Origin: Akkermansia muciniphila
GTDB lineage: Bacteria > Verrucomicrobiota > Verrucomicrobiia > Limisphaerales > SIAT01
Direction of reading: 5' to 3'
Assembly (NCBI GenBank): GCA_945900775.1
Contig: CAMDJP010000001.1
Coordinates: 81,822-145,821, forward strand
Length of the DNA: 64,000 nt
Each line of letters starts with the position of its first letter. The stretch's first letter is position 1. The position numbers and the translations under genes are program-made. Shown here in pieces: positions 63,564 through 64,000 of this stretch. Under the pieces are notes generated by a model. It was given only the letters and a program-made list of their open reading frames with translations. It was not told the origin of the DNA and ran no database searches.

Positions 63564-64000
63564 TCAGTATACCACCTTGTTCAAGGGGTACTCAATGATT
63601 CCTTCCGCGCCGGCGGCCTTGAGCTGCGGAATGATTTCTCGGACGATGTGCTCGTCGATAATTGTCTCCACCGCCACCCAGCCCTTTTGGCTTAGGTTGG
63701 AGATGGTTGGATTGCGAAGCGCGGGCAACGTAGCCAGCAGGTTCGCCAGATTCTTCTCGGCGATGTTCAGTTTCAGGCCGACCTTCGCCTCGGCGTCGAG
63801 AGCCCCCTTCAAGAGCATGGCGATGGTCTCGATTTTCTTTCGCTTCCAAGAATTCTTCCAAGCGTCGCGGTTGGCGATCAGCCGCGGCGTCGAGCTGAGC
63901 AGCGTCTCCACGATGCGCAGGTTGTTCGCGCGGAGGGAGGAACCAGTCTCCGTCACGTCCACAATCGCGTCGACCAACTCGTGCGCCTTCACTTCGGTGG
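63564..64000 (-). CDS. hisG: ATP phosphoribosyltransferase, 3' part (gene continues beyond the right edge)
   Basis: [39 protein letters not shown], and a C-terminal regulatory-domain-like region ending EYPLNKVVY. The frame stays open to position 64000. Confidence 0.9.
   Translation of the reverse strand, partial: TEVKAHELVDAIVDVTETGSSLRANNLRIVETLLSSTPRLIANRDAWKNSWKRKKIETIAMLLKGALDAEAKVGLKLNIAEKNLANLLATLPALRNPTISNLSQKGWVAVETIIDEHIVREIIPQLKAAGAEGIIEYPLNKVVY

Noticed and set aside
1-64000. Search by eye for CRISPR arrays, IS elements/transposases, integrases, phage genes, toxin-antitoxin pairs or defence systems
   Set aside because: I found none. There are no spaced direct repeats, recombinase or nuclease/helicase-type ORFs, and no abrupt compositional island. 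The window looks like core chromosome.

Overview
GC-rich, almost gap-free bacterial chromosome segment with about 60 protein genes and one tRNA. I saw no rRNA, CRISPR array or recognisable mobile element. Gene content points to the PVC superphylum, probably Verrucomicrobiota. It holds three loci of the PVC-typical secreted families DUF1549/DUF1553 (+DUF1501) and DUF1592 (+DUF1552), plus two large signal-peptide beta-propeller paralogs. Most of the window is housekeeping: a SahR-like regulator divergent from metK-ahcY, leuD-like, serS, glgA, lepA-lepB, phosphohexomutase-rpe, tilS-ftsH and tRNA-Arg(UCU). It also carries a complete aa3-type cytochrome oxidase / heme A / copper-chaperone cluster, ribH-ribBA-alaS, metG, rarA-MTHFS-rny, a GldA/F/G-like ABC + DUF4340 envelope operon and hisG (partial). 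Six observations go beyond the gene list. (1) A ~265-nt highly structured non-coding element lies at 51760-52026. It has its own promoter-like signal, a hand-traced 43-bp long-range helix, an apical tRNA-like module and a strong intrinsic terminator that competes with the helix base. (2) A 33-codon bS22-like ultra-basic mini-ORF at 63438-63540 is broken by a single extra base. (3) Two unlisted tiny membrane proteins are translationally coupled inside the oxidase operon, and a cupredoxin-like gene heads the cluster. (4) A DHPS-like gene has lost most canonical catalytic motifs and starts 7 nt after the tRNA. (5) An ArsR-methyltransferase (SahR-type) regulator sits next to the methyl-cycle genes. 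(6) A 651-codon ORF at the left edge is missing from the supplied track. All calls come from reading and hand translation or folding. No database search or folding program was run.
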